Numbered from the stretch's first letter, positions 1 to 12,726 are shown. The stretch: 64,000 bases of DNA from an uncultured Methanosarcinaceae archaeon (GCA_963733675.1 CAVTET010000005.1:64001-128000); one strand, 5' to 3'. Notes: a model not told the origin generated them from the letters alone. Made by a program: numbers and translations.

Positions 1-668
1 ACTTTGAAGTTAGCAAGTTCTTCTACCTTGCTTATTCCCATCTTTTTTAGTGCTTCAGTTGTTTTTTTACCAATGTAAGGTACTACAGATACCGGTAGTG
101 GGAAAAGGAAGTTTCTGACATTTTCAGGTCTAACAACTGTTAACCCATCGGGTTTCTGAAACCCAGATGCTATTTTGGCTACCAATTTATTTGGACCAAT
201 ACCAACTGAACATGTAATTTTTTCTTGCTGCTTAATTCCATCCTTAATCGTGCGTGCACAGAGAACAGCATCTTCAAAATTACTGATATTAAATGGTACA
301 AGATAGGCTTCATCTATGCTAACTTACTCAAATTTTTCAGAAAATTCTCGCAGAATCGACATCACATTGAATGATGCTGTTTTATACAACTCCATATTCA
401 CAGGCAAAAAAAGTGCAACCGGGACACAATTTATGGGCCCTACTTACCAGCATTGCGGAATGTACTACAGATTCCCTTGCTTCGTATGAACATGTGCTTA
501 CAACGCCGCTCCTAAGTGTTGGATCAAATCCAATAACAGCACACAGAGCCTTCCCTCTTAAATTAGGGTGCTCTTTTACTTCCACTGATGCAAAAAAGCT
601 ATCCATGTCAACATGCAAGACTATCCGCCTTTCATGGTTATCTGTTTCAGAATTTGAGGCAGCATCAT
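1..668 (-). pseudogene. dinB: DNA polymerase IV (DinB/Dbh) paralog, disrupted; runs off the window start
   Basis: RIVLHVDMDSFFASVE and CSYEAR motifs (382..618). After a frameshift it continues FSEKFE*VSIDEAYL...TCSVGIGPNKLVAKIASGFQKPDGLTVV with an in-frame TAA. The ATGATG at ~668 is out of frame with the body. Confidence 0.9.
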
Positions 669-917
669 TGTAAGATGGTTCAAATAACTGATAAAATGTT
701 GCGAAAAATCTAGTGACCTTATATATAAGATTGTAGGAGAGCTAGTTGAAATACAGAACTTTGTTAGGCTTAAATTAGCTTTTTCGACTACATTAGAAGC
801 TCACTATATTAAGGACCAAAGGAAAATGATGTTTATTATGAGTATAATTTGACTCTAAAGATGAGGCTATAAAAAGGCGTTATTTCATAACCCACCATCA
901 TTTTTCTTAATATGTAC

Positions 918-2030
918 TTAAATAAAATCAGTAATCAGAGTTTGTCTTTCGTCTCTTTCTCTGAGATTCGAAACTCCTACTCCTATAAGCCTGAGCTTTT
1001 GCCTTCCAATAAACTCTGAAAGTAGCTGCATAACTATCCGTTTAATAACAAAAATATCAGAAGTCCAGACTGAGGTAGTCTTTGAGCGTGTATATGTGGA
1101 AAAATCCTCGAAGCGCACTTTAAGAGTTACTGTTTTGAAAAGGAAGCTATGTCTGAGGAGAGCCCTATGAACGCTCTCTGCAAGCATGTCCAGAGAGCCT
1201 GCAATTTTTACAGGGTCATTTGTATCCTCTTCAAATGTTCCGCTCCTGCTCATTGACTTTACAGCTTCCTCCCATCCCTTTACTTCACTGAAATCTAGAC
1301 CATAAGCCACCTGCTTCATCCAGAGACCCATTTTCCCGAACTTTTCAGAGAGTATCTGTACATCGCAGTTTGCTAGATCCTCCACTTTTGTAATCTCCAT
1401 CAATTTAAGGATCTTGGTTGTTTTTTCACCTATACCAGGTATTTTTGAGACGTCTAGCGGGTAAAGGAACTCTTGAACATCTTCTGGCCTGACAACCGTA
1501 AGGCCATTAGGTTTATTAAACTTTGAAGCGACCTTTGCAATAAGTTTGTTTGGTCCAACCCCTACCGAACATGTGATTCTTTCTTGTCTCTTGATCTCGT
1601 CCTTTAATCTAAGTGCAATTATGGCAGCCTCTTCAAAGTTTCTTATTTCGGGTCCAGGCACTAGAAAAGCTTCGTCTACGCTATACTGCTGGAACTTCTC
1701 GGCAAAACCCTTCATTATCTCCATTACGTTTGCAGAAACCTGGGCATACAGCTTCATATTTACAGGTACAAAGGCAGCATCTGGACAGAGCTTATAAGCC
1801 TGTGAAATTGGCATCGCCGAATGTATACCATATTTTCTTGCCTCATATGAGCACGTGCTCACGACCCCTCTCCCTTCACCTCCCTTTGGATCTGAACCAA
1901 CGACAACGGGTAGACCTTTAAGTTCCGGCTTTTCTCTGGTCTCCACAGATGCAAAAAACGAATCCATGTCTACGTGGAGAACAATCCGCTTTTCGGTGCA
2001 GTTTGTATGATGATTGAGCGACAACATCAA
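918..2030 (-). CDS. dinB: DNA polymerase IV (Y-family DinB/Dbh), intact
   Basis: HVDMDSFFASVE, STCSYEARKYGIHSAMP, SVDEAF, SVGVGPNKLIAKVAS and a little-finger domain; 370 aa. Confidence 0.97.
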   Translation of the reverse strand: MMLSLNHHTNCTEKRIVLHVDMDSFFASVETREKPELKGLPVVVGSDPKGGEGRGVVSTCSYEARKYGIHSAMPISQAYKLCPDAAFVPVNMKLYAQVSANVMEIMKGFAEKFQQYSVDEAFLVPGPEIRNFEEAAIIALRLKDEIKRQERITCSVGVGPNKLIAKVASKFNKPNGLTVVRPEDVQEFLYPLDVSKIPGIGEKTTKILKLMEITKVEDLANCDVQILSEKFGKMGLWMKQVAYGLDFSEVKGWEEAVKSMSRSGTFEEDTNDPVKIAGSLDMLAESVHRALLRHSFLFKTVTLKVRFEDFSTYTRSKTTSVWTSDIFVIKRIVMQLLSEFIGRQKLRLIGVGVSNLRERDERQTLITDFI

Positions 2031-2199
2031 TGCGATATTAGACTAAAAATATAATAGGCATAAGTAAGCTGGGTGAAAGTATTAAATTTATAGACTTATT
2101 ATTCTACAAAAAGACTTGATTAAAATTATGCTTTATAAGTTTGACCAAATATTATATAAACACTATATATTAGTTATTACATAAAAGGAGATAAATGTC

Positions 2200-2905
2200 G
2201 TGTGTTGAGCGTATGGATTTTCAGTAATGAACGTGAATGACATATATGATAGGTTTGGTATTGAAAATGCTTTGGAGAATTTCAAACCGAGATGGAACAT
2301 CAGACCGGGACAATTAAATCCTGTTATCGTCAATCTTGAAAAAAAGAAAATTGAATTTATGCTTTGGGGACTACTCCCCCACTTTGCCAAAAATGAGCAT
2401 TATAAATACAAAACGATTAACGCTAAAGCTGAAACAGTAGATAAATTGCCTACATTCAGCAGGTCGTTTCTTCATAAACGTTGCTTAATCCCAGCTACAG
2501 GATTTTACGAACCCGATAAGATTCATTTTTCAAAATCACCTTTCTCATGGCATTACTTCCAAATGAAAGACCATTCGATTTTTGCTTTTGCTGGCCTATA
2601 TGACGTTTGGAAAGACGAAAATAACTGGGAAAATCCATAGCTATACAATCATTACCCCAGTCCCAAATGCAATTGTTGGGAAATATCATAACAGGATGCC
2701 TGTTATTTTAGAAAAAGAGGATGAAAAGGTATGGTTGAATCCTGATATTATTGAAGCGGCTCAGCTTCGTCCCTTTTTGAAGCCTTTCCCTGGTAACAAA
2801 CTGGAAGAATGGGAAGTTGGAGCTAAAGCGAGAAATTCGAAAAACGATTCTCCAGAAGTTATTGAGGCGCTTAAAATCAAAAGACAACGAAACTTATTTG
2901 ATTAA
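2200..2905 (+). pseudogene. SRAP (SOS-response-associated peptidase, YedK/HMCES family), disrupted
   Basis: RBS AAAGGAG, then GTG-TGT-TGA (M-C-stop, expected M-C-G) in frame with 2227. Motifs PRWNIRP, WGLLP, INAKAETV, RCLIPATGFYE, AFAGLYDVW. After a frameshift near 2630: YTIIT...HNRMPVIL. Confidence 0.9.
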
Positions 2906-3229
2906 CTTTTTGATAATGTAATGTCTAAGAGAAAGAATATTTTCCAGTGAGTGTAGAGCCTATAAATTTTCAATTTCTGAATTTTGACTTTTATTCTTCA
3001 GTCGTATGTTGACCGGCTGATTCTGAAATTTTTGTAACGGAACAGATGCAGCCACTTATCAATCAAAAAGCAATTGCAGTCCAAGGAGCAAAAAAGCCAT
3101 GATTGAAATTTTGGTAACCCTAGGCACAATTATGTCAGCAAATTAAATGAGTAAGTGAATATGTTTTATTAAAGAATAGTTTGCTTCAGACTGGAGTATC
3201 TGATTATTTGATGACGTTTCATTATCTTA

Positions 3230-3664
3230 TTAATTAGGATTTATATAATTATTAAACTTTGCTATAATTTGTTTTCTAATTATATCTGCATCGTTGACTA
3301 TTATCTCAACATTTTCGTTTTTATTCTCGGAAATTGCATTAATTATCCTATATTCACGCCTTCCAAAATCGTTAGGGAACCATCTCTCAAAAATCCACAT
3401 GCAAACTTGGCAATTTCCCAAATCAGCAGCATCATTAAGGCTCTGTAGACATTTCAGGGCCCCGTCAGCATTGCATTTTATGATGTGTTTATAGAACTCA
3501 AAATACTCCCCAGATTTTGAATTTTTTCCTTTATTCATCCAGTCATTAAATGTTTGATACGTTATTCCTGCGGATGCTGCTGCTAAAGCATAAGTAAGTC
3601 CCAATGCAACATTCTCACCGATTTGCTGTTGTAACTCTTTAGTCAATTTTGAAGATCTTGTCAT
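3230..3664 (-). CDS. HTH protein resembling phage terminase small-subunit-like proteins
   Basis: SKLTKELQQQI...GLTYALAAASAGITYQTFNDW and C-terminal WIFERWFPNDFGRR, a pattern typical of this virus-associated family. Confidence 0.55.
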   Translation of the reverse strand: MTRSSKLTKELQQQIGENVALGLTYALAAASAGITYQTFNDWMNKGKNSKSGEYFEFYKHIIKCNADGALKCLQSLNDAADLGNCQVCMWIFERWFPNDFGRREYRIINAISENKNENVEIIVNDADIIRKQIIAKFNNYINPN

Positions 3665-5189
3665 TTTGATCTCGTTTTTACTTTTTTTAATAAATATAAT
3701 TGAGTGTTATGCTTAATATTTTTTTTAGTTTGTTTATCTATGAAACCGAGTTATGAACTCACAAATGGAATGGGTATTTTGAGCTATTGACTGCTTATAG
3801 CTTTTAAAACTTTCACCTATGACTTGTTATACAGGAACGAACGTGGGGCTATTCTAGGCATTTTCTTGAATTAGATAAGTTTATACCTAATATCAAAAAC
3901 TCAATGAAGGGGCTGAGAATAAGTCAGGTTATGGTACTCTGTAAACAAAATCTAGAATAGGATTAGCAAGATAGTTCAAGTAATAAAAAAGTAAATGAAA
4001 TCTCATTTAGAAATTGAGAATATAAGTAATCATATCACATCTTTATGTGTCAATATACGAGTAAAAGGTTGTATTGATATTGCTTTTGGGTTCTAGATTT
4101 TCTGAGAATCTATCATAATCTATTCATTTTCGTAAACTCTAGGTGAGTTCTTGAAAGTGTTAAATAGCAATTTTTATTAATATGATTAATATTGTGTACT
4201 TTTAGTCTTTTATTTTATAACGGTCATGTTATTACCTATTGACAACTTCTACAATCCCCTAGAGCGATTACACTGGCAATATTATTTTTATACATCCAGA
4301 AAATTATGAATATAACAATGATAACGTTCACAATGTCGGTTATAAAGACTACAGCGGTACTATAGCACATTTATTTAATACTATTTGGCAGTGAACCCTA
4401 TGGATATAGCGGTGTACCTTTTGGATATAACTATGTATGGGATAGTGGACCTTCTAGCATAGCAGAAATACCAAATTCAGATTATCATTGTTCCACTGCA
4501 AAGGTTTCTTCGCCTGGGGGTTCCAAGGCCAGATTGAGTAGTCCCAAATCTAAGGATTCTATAAGGTAGAAGAAACATAAAAAATATTCCAAACATCAAA
4601 AGGCGAGAAAAAAATTGCCAAGTGTAGAGTAAAAAATGCCTTGATTTTTCAGTTCCATTAATTGGAAGCAGCACCCAAAAAAAGTTGTATCATTGCTGCA
4701 AGTTTTATGGATAATAAGCTCTAATAACAAAAATAAAATGAGTAGAAGGATCTACGGTCCATATTTGCTTAATCCTGCAATAATATTTCTCAATTGAATG
4801 CTCATAATATATATATATTTTTAAATTAGGAAATAAAAGAGTTAAATTTCTAAAAGTTAATACCTATTCAGATATCTATAAGTACTGACAAAAACCTGTG
4901 CATCAATGAAACAATAAATATAGACACATTATCAGCATGATCATGGACTTAGAATCCTTTTTTTATAGCGAAAGAAAAAAGATATAGAGTCAATCAGATA
5001 TTACAGAACTTTCGGACACTCCATGCAATCAATCAAAAACCAGAAAGTAAAAAAAGTCTCATATCTAGAGAAAACTGTATTATAGTCAATCGGGCAATTT
5101 TATTCAGGAAAAACCTGAAAGCATTCAGTGATCAATTATCAAAATATTTATCTGTAGTCAAATGTAGCTGAGTTTTTAATCGTGAGGAA

Positions 5190-5738
5190 ATGAGCTTGGA
5201 CTGGAATGAAGTATATAATGGAACACCACCATGGAATATAGGTCACCCACAACCAGTTTTCGAAGCCCTTATAAAGGAAGGAGAAATTGAGCCTAGAAGG
5301 GCGCTGGATATTGGATGCGGCCGGGGTGATAATGCAATAATGTTAGCTATGAATGGGTGTGACGTCACAGGTATAGACCTTTTTGAAGATGCCATCTCTG
5401 ACGCAAAGGCAAAGGTAATAGAGCGCCATGTTAAGGTAAATTTCGTCGTCGGGAATGTATTAAGCATGGATCAGCTTTTCATGGAGGCTGAATTTGACAT
5501 CGTTATAGATTCGGTTTTGTTTCATGCGGTGACGGATGAGGATAGGCCAGTTTTTGCACGGCAGATACATAGAGTTCTAAAACCAGGCGGCAAATATTTC
5601 ATGCTGAGTTTCTCTGATAAAGAGCCCGAAGGCTATGGGCCCAGAAGGATTTCAAAAGCTGAAATAAAGCGTACTTCCACGCCATTTTTTAATATTATAT
5701 ATAAAAGATTCGGCTTTCTATTCGAAAGCAGAGCCTAA
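5190..5738 (+). CDS. Class I SAM-dependent methyltransferase (TPMT/TehB-like); C-terminus possibly frameshifted
   Basis: PPWNIGHPQP, ALDIGCGRG motif I, FDIVIDSVLFH, HRVLKPGGKY. Confidence 0.85.
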   Translation: MSLDWNEVYNGTPPWNIGHPQPVFEALIKEGEIEPRRALDIGCGRGDNAIMLAMNGCDVTGIDLFEDAISDAKAKVIERHVKVNFVVGNVLSMDQLFMEAEFDIVIDSVLFHAVTDEDRPVFARQIHRVLKPGGKYFMLSFSDKEPEGYGPRRISKAEIKRTSTPFFNIIYKRFGFLFESRA

Positions 5739-6097
5739 TAACAGTAAATTCTGCCTTTTATCTGCCTCCTGGAGTTAATTAGATCGATGCAGGTATTTAA
5801 TGCTTAGGTTGGAATCTTATCCAAAAAATCACTTATGGCATGTTGTAAAATTACAAATCGGTCTTTAATATCCGAGTATCCGTTCCGGTTGTGAATAGTG
5901 TCAATTGTTAAAGTTACATAGGTCAAGCACTTTTCGGATAAACTCTTAAAAAGAGTTTCTACATAGCCAAACTATAAACTCCAAAATTATGCTCATCAAA
6001 AAAAATCATAAACCCTTTATTTTATAGATGTACACAAAAATGCCATCTACTTTTCTCATCCAGAACTGGAGCAAATAAGAAATACTACCTTTAGAAC

Positions 6098-6110
6098 AAA
6101 ATATATATAT
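6098..6110 (+). promoter_or_regulatory. BRE/TATA-like element upstream of tRNA-Ser
   Basis: A-rich run followed by ATATATATAT about 40-50 nt before the mature tRNA start. Confidence 0.45.
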
Positions 6111-6150
6111 CACAATTCCTTTATGGTATAGATCTGGCCATCTGCCTTAT

Positions 6151-6233
6151 GCCGAGGTAGTCTAGTGGTAGGGCGCAAGCCTGGAAAGCTTGTGGGGCTT
6201 AGCCCCTCGGGAGTTCGAATCTCCCTCTCGGCG
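6151..6233 (+). tRNA. tRNA-Ser (GGA)
   Basis: GCCGAGG/TCTCGGC acceptor stem, CAAGC-CTGGAAA-GCTTG anticodon arm, long variable arm, GTTCGAATC T-loop. Confidence 0.96.
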
Positions 6234-6529
6234 TCGTATTTTCTACATAATTTTTAATGTAAGTTTCTCAATATTTTCATCTATATTTCAGCACTTTGCT
6301 CGAATAGTCGATCTTCAATCATTTTTCCATTTAATCTTGCTGGAATTCGTATTGAATAGAAAGCTAGTGAAGATAAAATTATATACTGGTAGTTTCATGT
6401 AACTGAAATCATCAGTATATGCTGTAAAGAAGCTCCTTTAGAGAGCTGCTCCTGAGTCTTTCGCATATTTATTTTGGGTGTTCGATCAGGGGCTACAGGA
6501 TGCTGTATGCACTCCATTGGAGGAAGTAT

Positions 6530-6988
6530 ATGGTAGAAGAAAAAAAGAACGACGAATTAAGGCATCTTGTTCGAATTATGAATACCGATCTGAAGGGGGC
6601 AAAGCCAGTACAATATGCCCTCACAGGCCTTCAGGGAATAGGGAGGCGCACTGCAATACTCATTGCAAGAGGGGCAGGAGTGAGCCCAACTGCTATACTT
6701 GGATACCTGCCAGACGAAGAAGTGGCTAAACTAGACAATACTATAGAAAAGTTTGAAGATATTGTTCCTAGTTGGATGTTGAACAGGCAAAGAGACGTGA
6801 TAACAGGACAGGACAGGCATCTACTCGGAACGGATATCTTGCTGACCTTCAGAGAAGATATTAATAACCTGAAAAAGATCCGCGCCTACAGAGGGCTCAG
6901 GCACGAAAGAGGCCTTAAGGTGAGGGGACAGAGAACAAAATCTACAGGCCGTCGTGGATCAACTGTTGGAGTCAGCAGGAAAAAGTAA
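6530..6988 (+). CDS. rps13: 30S ribosomal protein S13
   Basis: [23 protein letters not shown]; start placed at ATG 6530 after a GGAGGA RBS. Confidence 0.98.
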   Translation: MVEEKKNDELRHLVRIMNTDLKGAKPVQYALTGLQGIGRRTAILIARGAGVSPTAILGYLPDEEVAKLDNTIEKFEDIVPSWMLNRQRDVITGQDRHLLGTDILLTFREDINNLKKIRAYRGLRHERGLKVRGQRTKSTGRRGSTVGVSRKK

Positions 6989-7010
6989 TTTTCCGATGAG
7001 GTGGTTCTAG

Positions 7011-8047
<1,037 letters not shown>

Positions 8048-8105
8048 GTGAATTTTCAAAATTCTATTTTTTGAATGGATAAAAATATAAGGAAAATTAG
8101 GGTAT

Positions 8106-8906
8106 ATGACGATGGAAGTAGACATTCTGGAGTTATCGGAAAGATCTGCAAAATTCGTACTTTCCAATGTAAGTACAGCTTTTGCCAACAGCATTAGACG
8201 TGCCATGATTGCAGATGTACCAACTCTTGCGATTGAGTATGTAAACCTTTATGACAATACCTCGGTACTCTATGATGAGCAGCTAGCCCTCCGTCTGTCC
8301 TTAATACCGCTCATAACGGATATAGAGACGTATGTACCACAGGCAGAATGCGATGTCTGCGGGGGGGAAGGCTGTCCTGCCTGCGAGGTGTCATTAAACC
8401 TTAGCGCAGAAGGCCCAGCAACTGTTTATTCGCGGGACCTGATTTCTTCTGATCCAAAGATCCAGCCAGCTGATCCTAACATACCTATTGTTGAGCTAAA
8501 AAAGGGGCAGAAACTCGTGCTTGAGGCTATTGCCCATATGGGATACGGTAGAGATAGCGTTAAATGGCAAGCTGGTGTAGCCTGCGGTTACAAGAACGTA
8601 CCTATCATAACTATTGAAAACTGTGATGCATGTGGTCAATGTGCTGCAGAATGCCCAAAGGATATCATACGAATCGAAGGAACAGGAGCTAGAATTGCTG
8701 AGGATGATGTCATTAAATGTTTTCTCTGCAGGCTCTGTGAGCAGGTATGTGACATTCATGCGATTAAAATAAACTTCAATGAAAAAGCTTTTGTGTTTAC
8801 CATGGAATCAGATGGTTCTTACACAACTAAAGACCTTGCTCTAAATGCAGCAAACGTGATTAAAGGTAAAGCTGAAGAAATATTACACATACTGGATCAG
8901 CTCTAA
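8106..8906 (+). CDS. rpoD: DNA-directed RNA polymerase subunit D (Rpo3) with ferredoxin-like insert
   Basis: ANSIRRAMIADVPTLAI, NTSVLYDEQLALRLSLIP; two CxxCxxCxxxC motifs; operon position. Confidence 0.97.
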   Translation: MTMEVDILELSERSAKFVLSNVSTAFANSIRRAMIADVPTLAIEYVNLYDNTSVLYDEQLALRLSLIPLITDIETYVPQAECDVCGGEGCPACEVSLNLSAEGPATVYSRDLISSDPKIQPADPNIPIVELKKGQKLVLEAIAHMGYGRDSVKWQAGVACGYKNVPIITIENCDACGQCAAECPKDIIRIEGTGARIAEDDVIKCFLCRLCEQVCDIHAIKINFNEKAFVFTMESDGSYTTKDLALNAANVIKGKAEEILHILDQL

Positions 8907-9288
8907 GCGGCTGCTTAGATGCAGTCCATAATCTACTTTTGTCATAATTCAGGTCTTTTGACTCTAAAAGTTTCAATTGGAGATATTTCTCTGAACTTTT
9001 TTATAACTGAATACTTTATCTATTGTTTTGCTTTATCAGGATCTTTAAAAGTATTGTAATGATCTTTTATGTCTCGAAATGTTTATATATTATCCACGAT
9101 ATTGTGAGGAATTGCCGGGTGCAAAGCACGCATACATATCAAAATAAAAAGAGATTTAAGGGTTGCCTAGCTAAGCAGAGTAAGTAGTCTGAGGACAGTT
9201 CTTATATTTTTGAGTAAAACTTCGTTTGTTAACAAAAAAATAACACATTGATAAATGCTTGATATTAAGACAGATGAACATTCTATGT

Positions 9289-9376
9289 GCGAGGGTTGCC
9301 CAGCCAGGTCAAAGGCGATAGGTTGAGGGCCTATTCTCGTAGGAGTTCGTGGGTTCGAATCCCATCCCTCGCACCA
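9289..9376 (+). tRNA. tRNA-Leu (GAG) with encoded CCA
   Basis: GCGAGGG/CCCTCGC acceptor stem, ATAGG-TTGAGGG-CCTAT anticodon arm, variable arm, GTTCGAATC, ACCA end. Confidence 0.96.
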
Positions 9377-9428
9377 AATTTTATAATTATCAAATTTCAA
9401 GCTTTATTCATTTCTACAGATTTTTCTT

Positions 9429-9650
9429 ATGAATTACGCTCAACTGAAGGCTAAGTGGCTTCTTGGTTCATCCCTTTCTCTTTTGGGAACAAGTCCCCAA
9501 TTATATCCCCGCATTACATGGGCATCTGAGTCAAATTCGATTTTGATCAATGAAAACAAATTTTTGATATTAATTGCAGCATAAAGTCTCTATTATTTTG
9601 TTTCTTGCAATCACGACATTTTCATTCTCTGTCTTTTTTTCTGAAAAGTA
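9429..9650 (-). mobile_element. IS200/IS605 remnant: tnpB 3' end plus right end (omegaRNA-like region)
   Basis: Minus strand reads ...AAINIKNLFSLIKIEF-like, then GAAGCCACTTAGCCTTCAGTTGAGCGTAATTCAT; clearly similar to 19573..19800. Confidence 0.75.
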
Positions 9651-9685
9651 ATTTATGCTAGTAGTCCTTTTTTATTTGGGTTTGA

Positions 9686-10666
9686 ATGAGAGAATTTGTT
9701 AAGCCGAGAGTTGTGGTTAGTAAATGCCTTGAGTTTGATCACTGTCGATATAACGGAGATCTGATAAGAAGCTTAATAGTGGCAAAGCTTAAGGAGTATG
9801 TTGATTTCCTGCCTGTTTGTGCGGAAGTGGAGATAGGGCTTGGTATTCCAAGAAGTCCAGTGAGAATAATTCTTGAAAAAGGAGAACACAGGCTTATCCA
9901 GCCCATAAGCGGCAAGGATGTAACTGAAGATATGAAGGCTTTTTGTGCTGATTTTCTTGATTCACTAGGAGATGTTGACGGTTTTATTCTGAAATTCAGG
10001 TCTCCTTCCTGTGGGCTGAAAGATGTAAAAGTTTATCCTTCTGTCAGTAAGTCAGGAGCAATTGGGAAAACATCAGGATATTTTGGGGAAGCAGTCCTGA
10101 AAAGACATCCTTTCCTTCCAATTGAGGATGAAGCAAGGCTCAGAAACGGCCGCATTAAAGAACATTTCCTGACAAAGCTATTTATATTTGCAGCTTTCCG
10201 GAAAGTAAAATCCAAAGGAAGCATAAAGGACCTGATCAGGTTTCATACTGAAAATAAGTATCTTCTCATGGCTTATAGCCAGGCAGAACTTCGGAAACTG
10301 GGAGCAATTGTTGCAAATAAAGAAAAAAAAACCTTTAATGAACTGATTTCAGATTACGAAGGACACTTTTACAGTATTTTCACCAAACCTCCTCGATACA
10401 CTTCGAGTATTAACGTCCTCATGCACGCCTTCGGGCATTTTTCAGAGAATATTTCAAAAGGCGAAAAAACCCTTTTTTTTGACTGGATTCAAAAATACAT
10501 GGAAAGAAGAATCTCTCTTTGCCCCGCAATAAACACAATCAAATCATGGATAGTGCGTTTTGAGGATCAATATCTTATGCATCAGACTTTTTTTGAACCT
10601 TATCCAGAAGACCTTTTGGAAGTGGACCTTATAGCCCCCAACTTAATAAAAGATCTCTGGAAATAA
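9686..10666 (+). CDS. YbgA family protein (DUF523 2-thiouracil desulfurase + DUF1722)
   Basis: VSKCLEFDHCRYNG, PVCAEVEIGLGIPR, GFILKFRSPSCG, FHTENKYLLMAYS, YLMHQTFFEPYP. Confidence 0.9.
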   Translation: MREFVKPRVVVSKCLEFDHCRYNGDLIRSLIVAKLKEYVDFLPVCAEVEIGLGIPRSPVRIILEKGEHRLIQPISGKDVTEDMKAFCADFLDSLGDVDGFILKFRSPSCGLKDVKVYPSVSKSGAIGKTSGYFGEAVLKRHPFLPIEDEARLRNGRIKEHFLTKLFIFAAFRKVKSKGSIKDLIRFHTENKYLLMAYSQAELRKLGAIVANKEKKTFNELISDYEGHFYSIFTKPPRYTSSINVLMHAFGHFSENISKGEKTLFFDWIQKYMERRISLCPAINTIKSWIVRFEDQYLMHQTFFEPYPEDLLEVDLIAPNLIKDLWK

Positions 10667-10671
10667 GTTAT

Positions 10672-11485
10672 AGAGAATTTCAATAAACTCCTATGCATTT
10701 GACTATTGGAGAGTGTAAGTATCTTGAAATAATTTTCACTCGTGAAAAAATCTTACTGATTTTGCTCTTAAAAAAAATACAAAAGTCTTCAGTCAGTTGG
10801 AGACAAATTTGCTGAAATTTGTTTCTTAATTGATTGGAAATCTCTTCGTATCATTTTTGAATCCATATATTTTAACAAAACAGTTTCAGTTGCAGACCTG
10901 AAGCTGACGTAATCATTACGTTTAGAATGCTTGTTTTACAGCAATTCCATGGTCTTTGAGACTTTGAACTTGAGAAACAATGTATTGATCGAATTTCTTT
11001 CAGGAAATTCCTTGATTTATCTTAGTAAATTTTAGATAGTACTACAGTCTGGTTATTCAGAAAAAGAATTATTGATAACTGTAAAGAAGAAAAAATGTGG
11101 TGACAGTTGCAAAGCCAAATTGTTTGTCTTGGTTTGTAAATAAAACAGGAATGATTAAGGACACTACTTTTATCAATTCAGATCCTGAACATGCAAAAAT
11201 CGATAAACTTCGAGAAAATGAAGCCAAAATAAGGAGAAGCAGAGGTGAAACTGGAAAAAATGGGTCGTAAATCATACTTTGGATATAAACTGCATAGCAT
11301 AATAGCAGGGATTATGAGCCAGTCAGAAGATCCAAAACGCCCACTGATCACTTACTTATTATCAGTAGATTTATCAGAAAAAATGAAATGGTTTACAGAG
11401 GCAGAAGATACTTTGGAGCAAAATCAAAAAATCATGGTGCAACAATGAAACAAGCAGTAAAAGAACATCCTCTGGGAATTTTCTA
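10672..11485 (+). mobile_element. Degenerate IS5-family element (transposase pseudogene)
   Basis: Left TIR AGAGAATTTCAATAAAC; fragments TDFALK, SVGDK, LIDWK, CIDRISFRKFL, DPEHAK, SYFGYKLH, VDLSEK across frames. Confidence 0.85.
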
Positions 11486-11489
11486 TACT

Positions 11490-12581
11490 AACCGATTTCA
11501 AGCTTATTATAAAAAAAATGCTCGGGATAGAGAAGAAATTCGATATTGATGCCTTTTTACTAGAAATCCGAGAGATGCTTACCCGGGAACTTGATCTCAG
11601 AACCGAAGCTGTTAATATGCGACGTTTTGAGGATAATTTTAAGAATGTGAAAAATGTTGCAGTGTCTGAAATTTATCCCGATTACTGTTCTGCCAATGTC
11701 CTCACAATGGTATTTATCCAGGGAATTCAGATCAAAGATATAATCAACCTGCCAATACTGCAAAGCAAGAAATCGGAGTACTCGCGCACTATTACCAAAA
11801 GTTACCTTAAGCAGGTCGTCTATATCGATGGCTTTTATCACGCAGATCCTCATGGAGGCAATATGATAGTTCAAGAAGACGATACTATTGCCTTCATAGA
11901 TTTTGGGGCTGTTGGCAGTATAGGTGACGAGCTTAAAAGAAATACTCTGAAATTTTATTACGCTGTCAATAACAGGGATGTAGAAAGAGCAACCCAGAGT
12001 TTTCTGAAAATAGGGGATGCAGATTCCGATGATGTGGATATTAACAGGCTTAGAAAAGATATGGATAACCTGATCACAAACAGAGCTATGGGCTTGAAGG
12101 CAGGCAGAGTGACAATTTTGCAAAACTTGGGATGAAATATAATATCCGGCTCCCTGGAGAATTTTCAACTCTTCAGAGGGCAATCCTTCTCATCGAAGGA
12201 GTCTGCCTGGAACTTGACCCTAAATACAACGTAAAACCTATTGCAATCTCTGTTCTCGTGGAAGCTTATAAAAAGCTTAATATCTCAAAAAGCGTTGCTC
12301 TTGATATTGAATTTACCGCTGAACCAGCAGACGAAATGGAAGAATTAACGACTGCAATCAGAGAAATCAGTGAAAAAATGGAAAGAGTTGGGGGTAAATT
12401 CATTTCCATTAAACAAAATGAAAGCATAAGAAGTGTTTTTTCAAAGGAATTCTACTTTACTGTCCTTCTTATAGTTTCGACTTACGTGTTGTTAAATGGA
12501 GGTGCTTTTTCCTGGGTTGGGTTAGTTGGGTTTGTGGGATCGGTTTTGATAGTTATTCTTGCTATAATTTGGGATAACTGA
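11490..12581 (+). pseudogene. ABC1/UbiB (AarF) atypical kinase, 5'-truncated and frameshifted
   Basis: RELDLRTEAVNMRRF, DGFYHADPHGGN, IAFIDFGAVG; frameshift ~12100-12135; C-terminal TM helices; N-terminus replaced by the IS5 remnant. Confidence 0.85.
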
Positions 12582-12586
12582 GACGA

Positions 12587-12679
12587 TAGAGGATTTTGAT
12601 AAATCCCAAATTTTGGCCGTTTGTATATAATGATTATATAAGCAATTTGTTGAAATCGAAGGTTTATTGAAATTCTCTA
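12587..12679. mobile_element. ~92-bp MITE with IS5-type TIRs
   Basis: TAGAGGATTTTGATAAA ... TTTATTGAAATTCTCTA. Confidence 0.75.
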
Positions 12680-12726
12680 TATTTTAACATATTATTAATT
12701 TGAACAAAATAAACGGACTGGAATAA

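Noticed and set aside
4226-4570. Fragmented Tyr/Gly/Asn-rich coding-like stretch
   Set aside because: Probably a gene remnant, but no family could be recognised.
6190-6402. Short ORFs overlapping tRNAs or antisense to real genes (e.g. 6190, 7703, 9167, 11560, 20587, 47165, 58615)
   Set aside because: Shadow frames of well-supported features.
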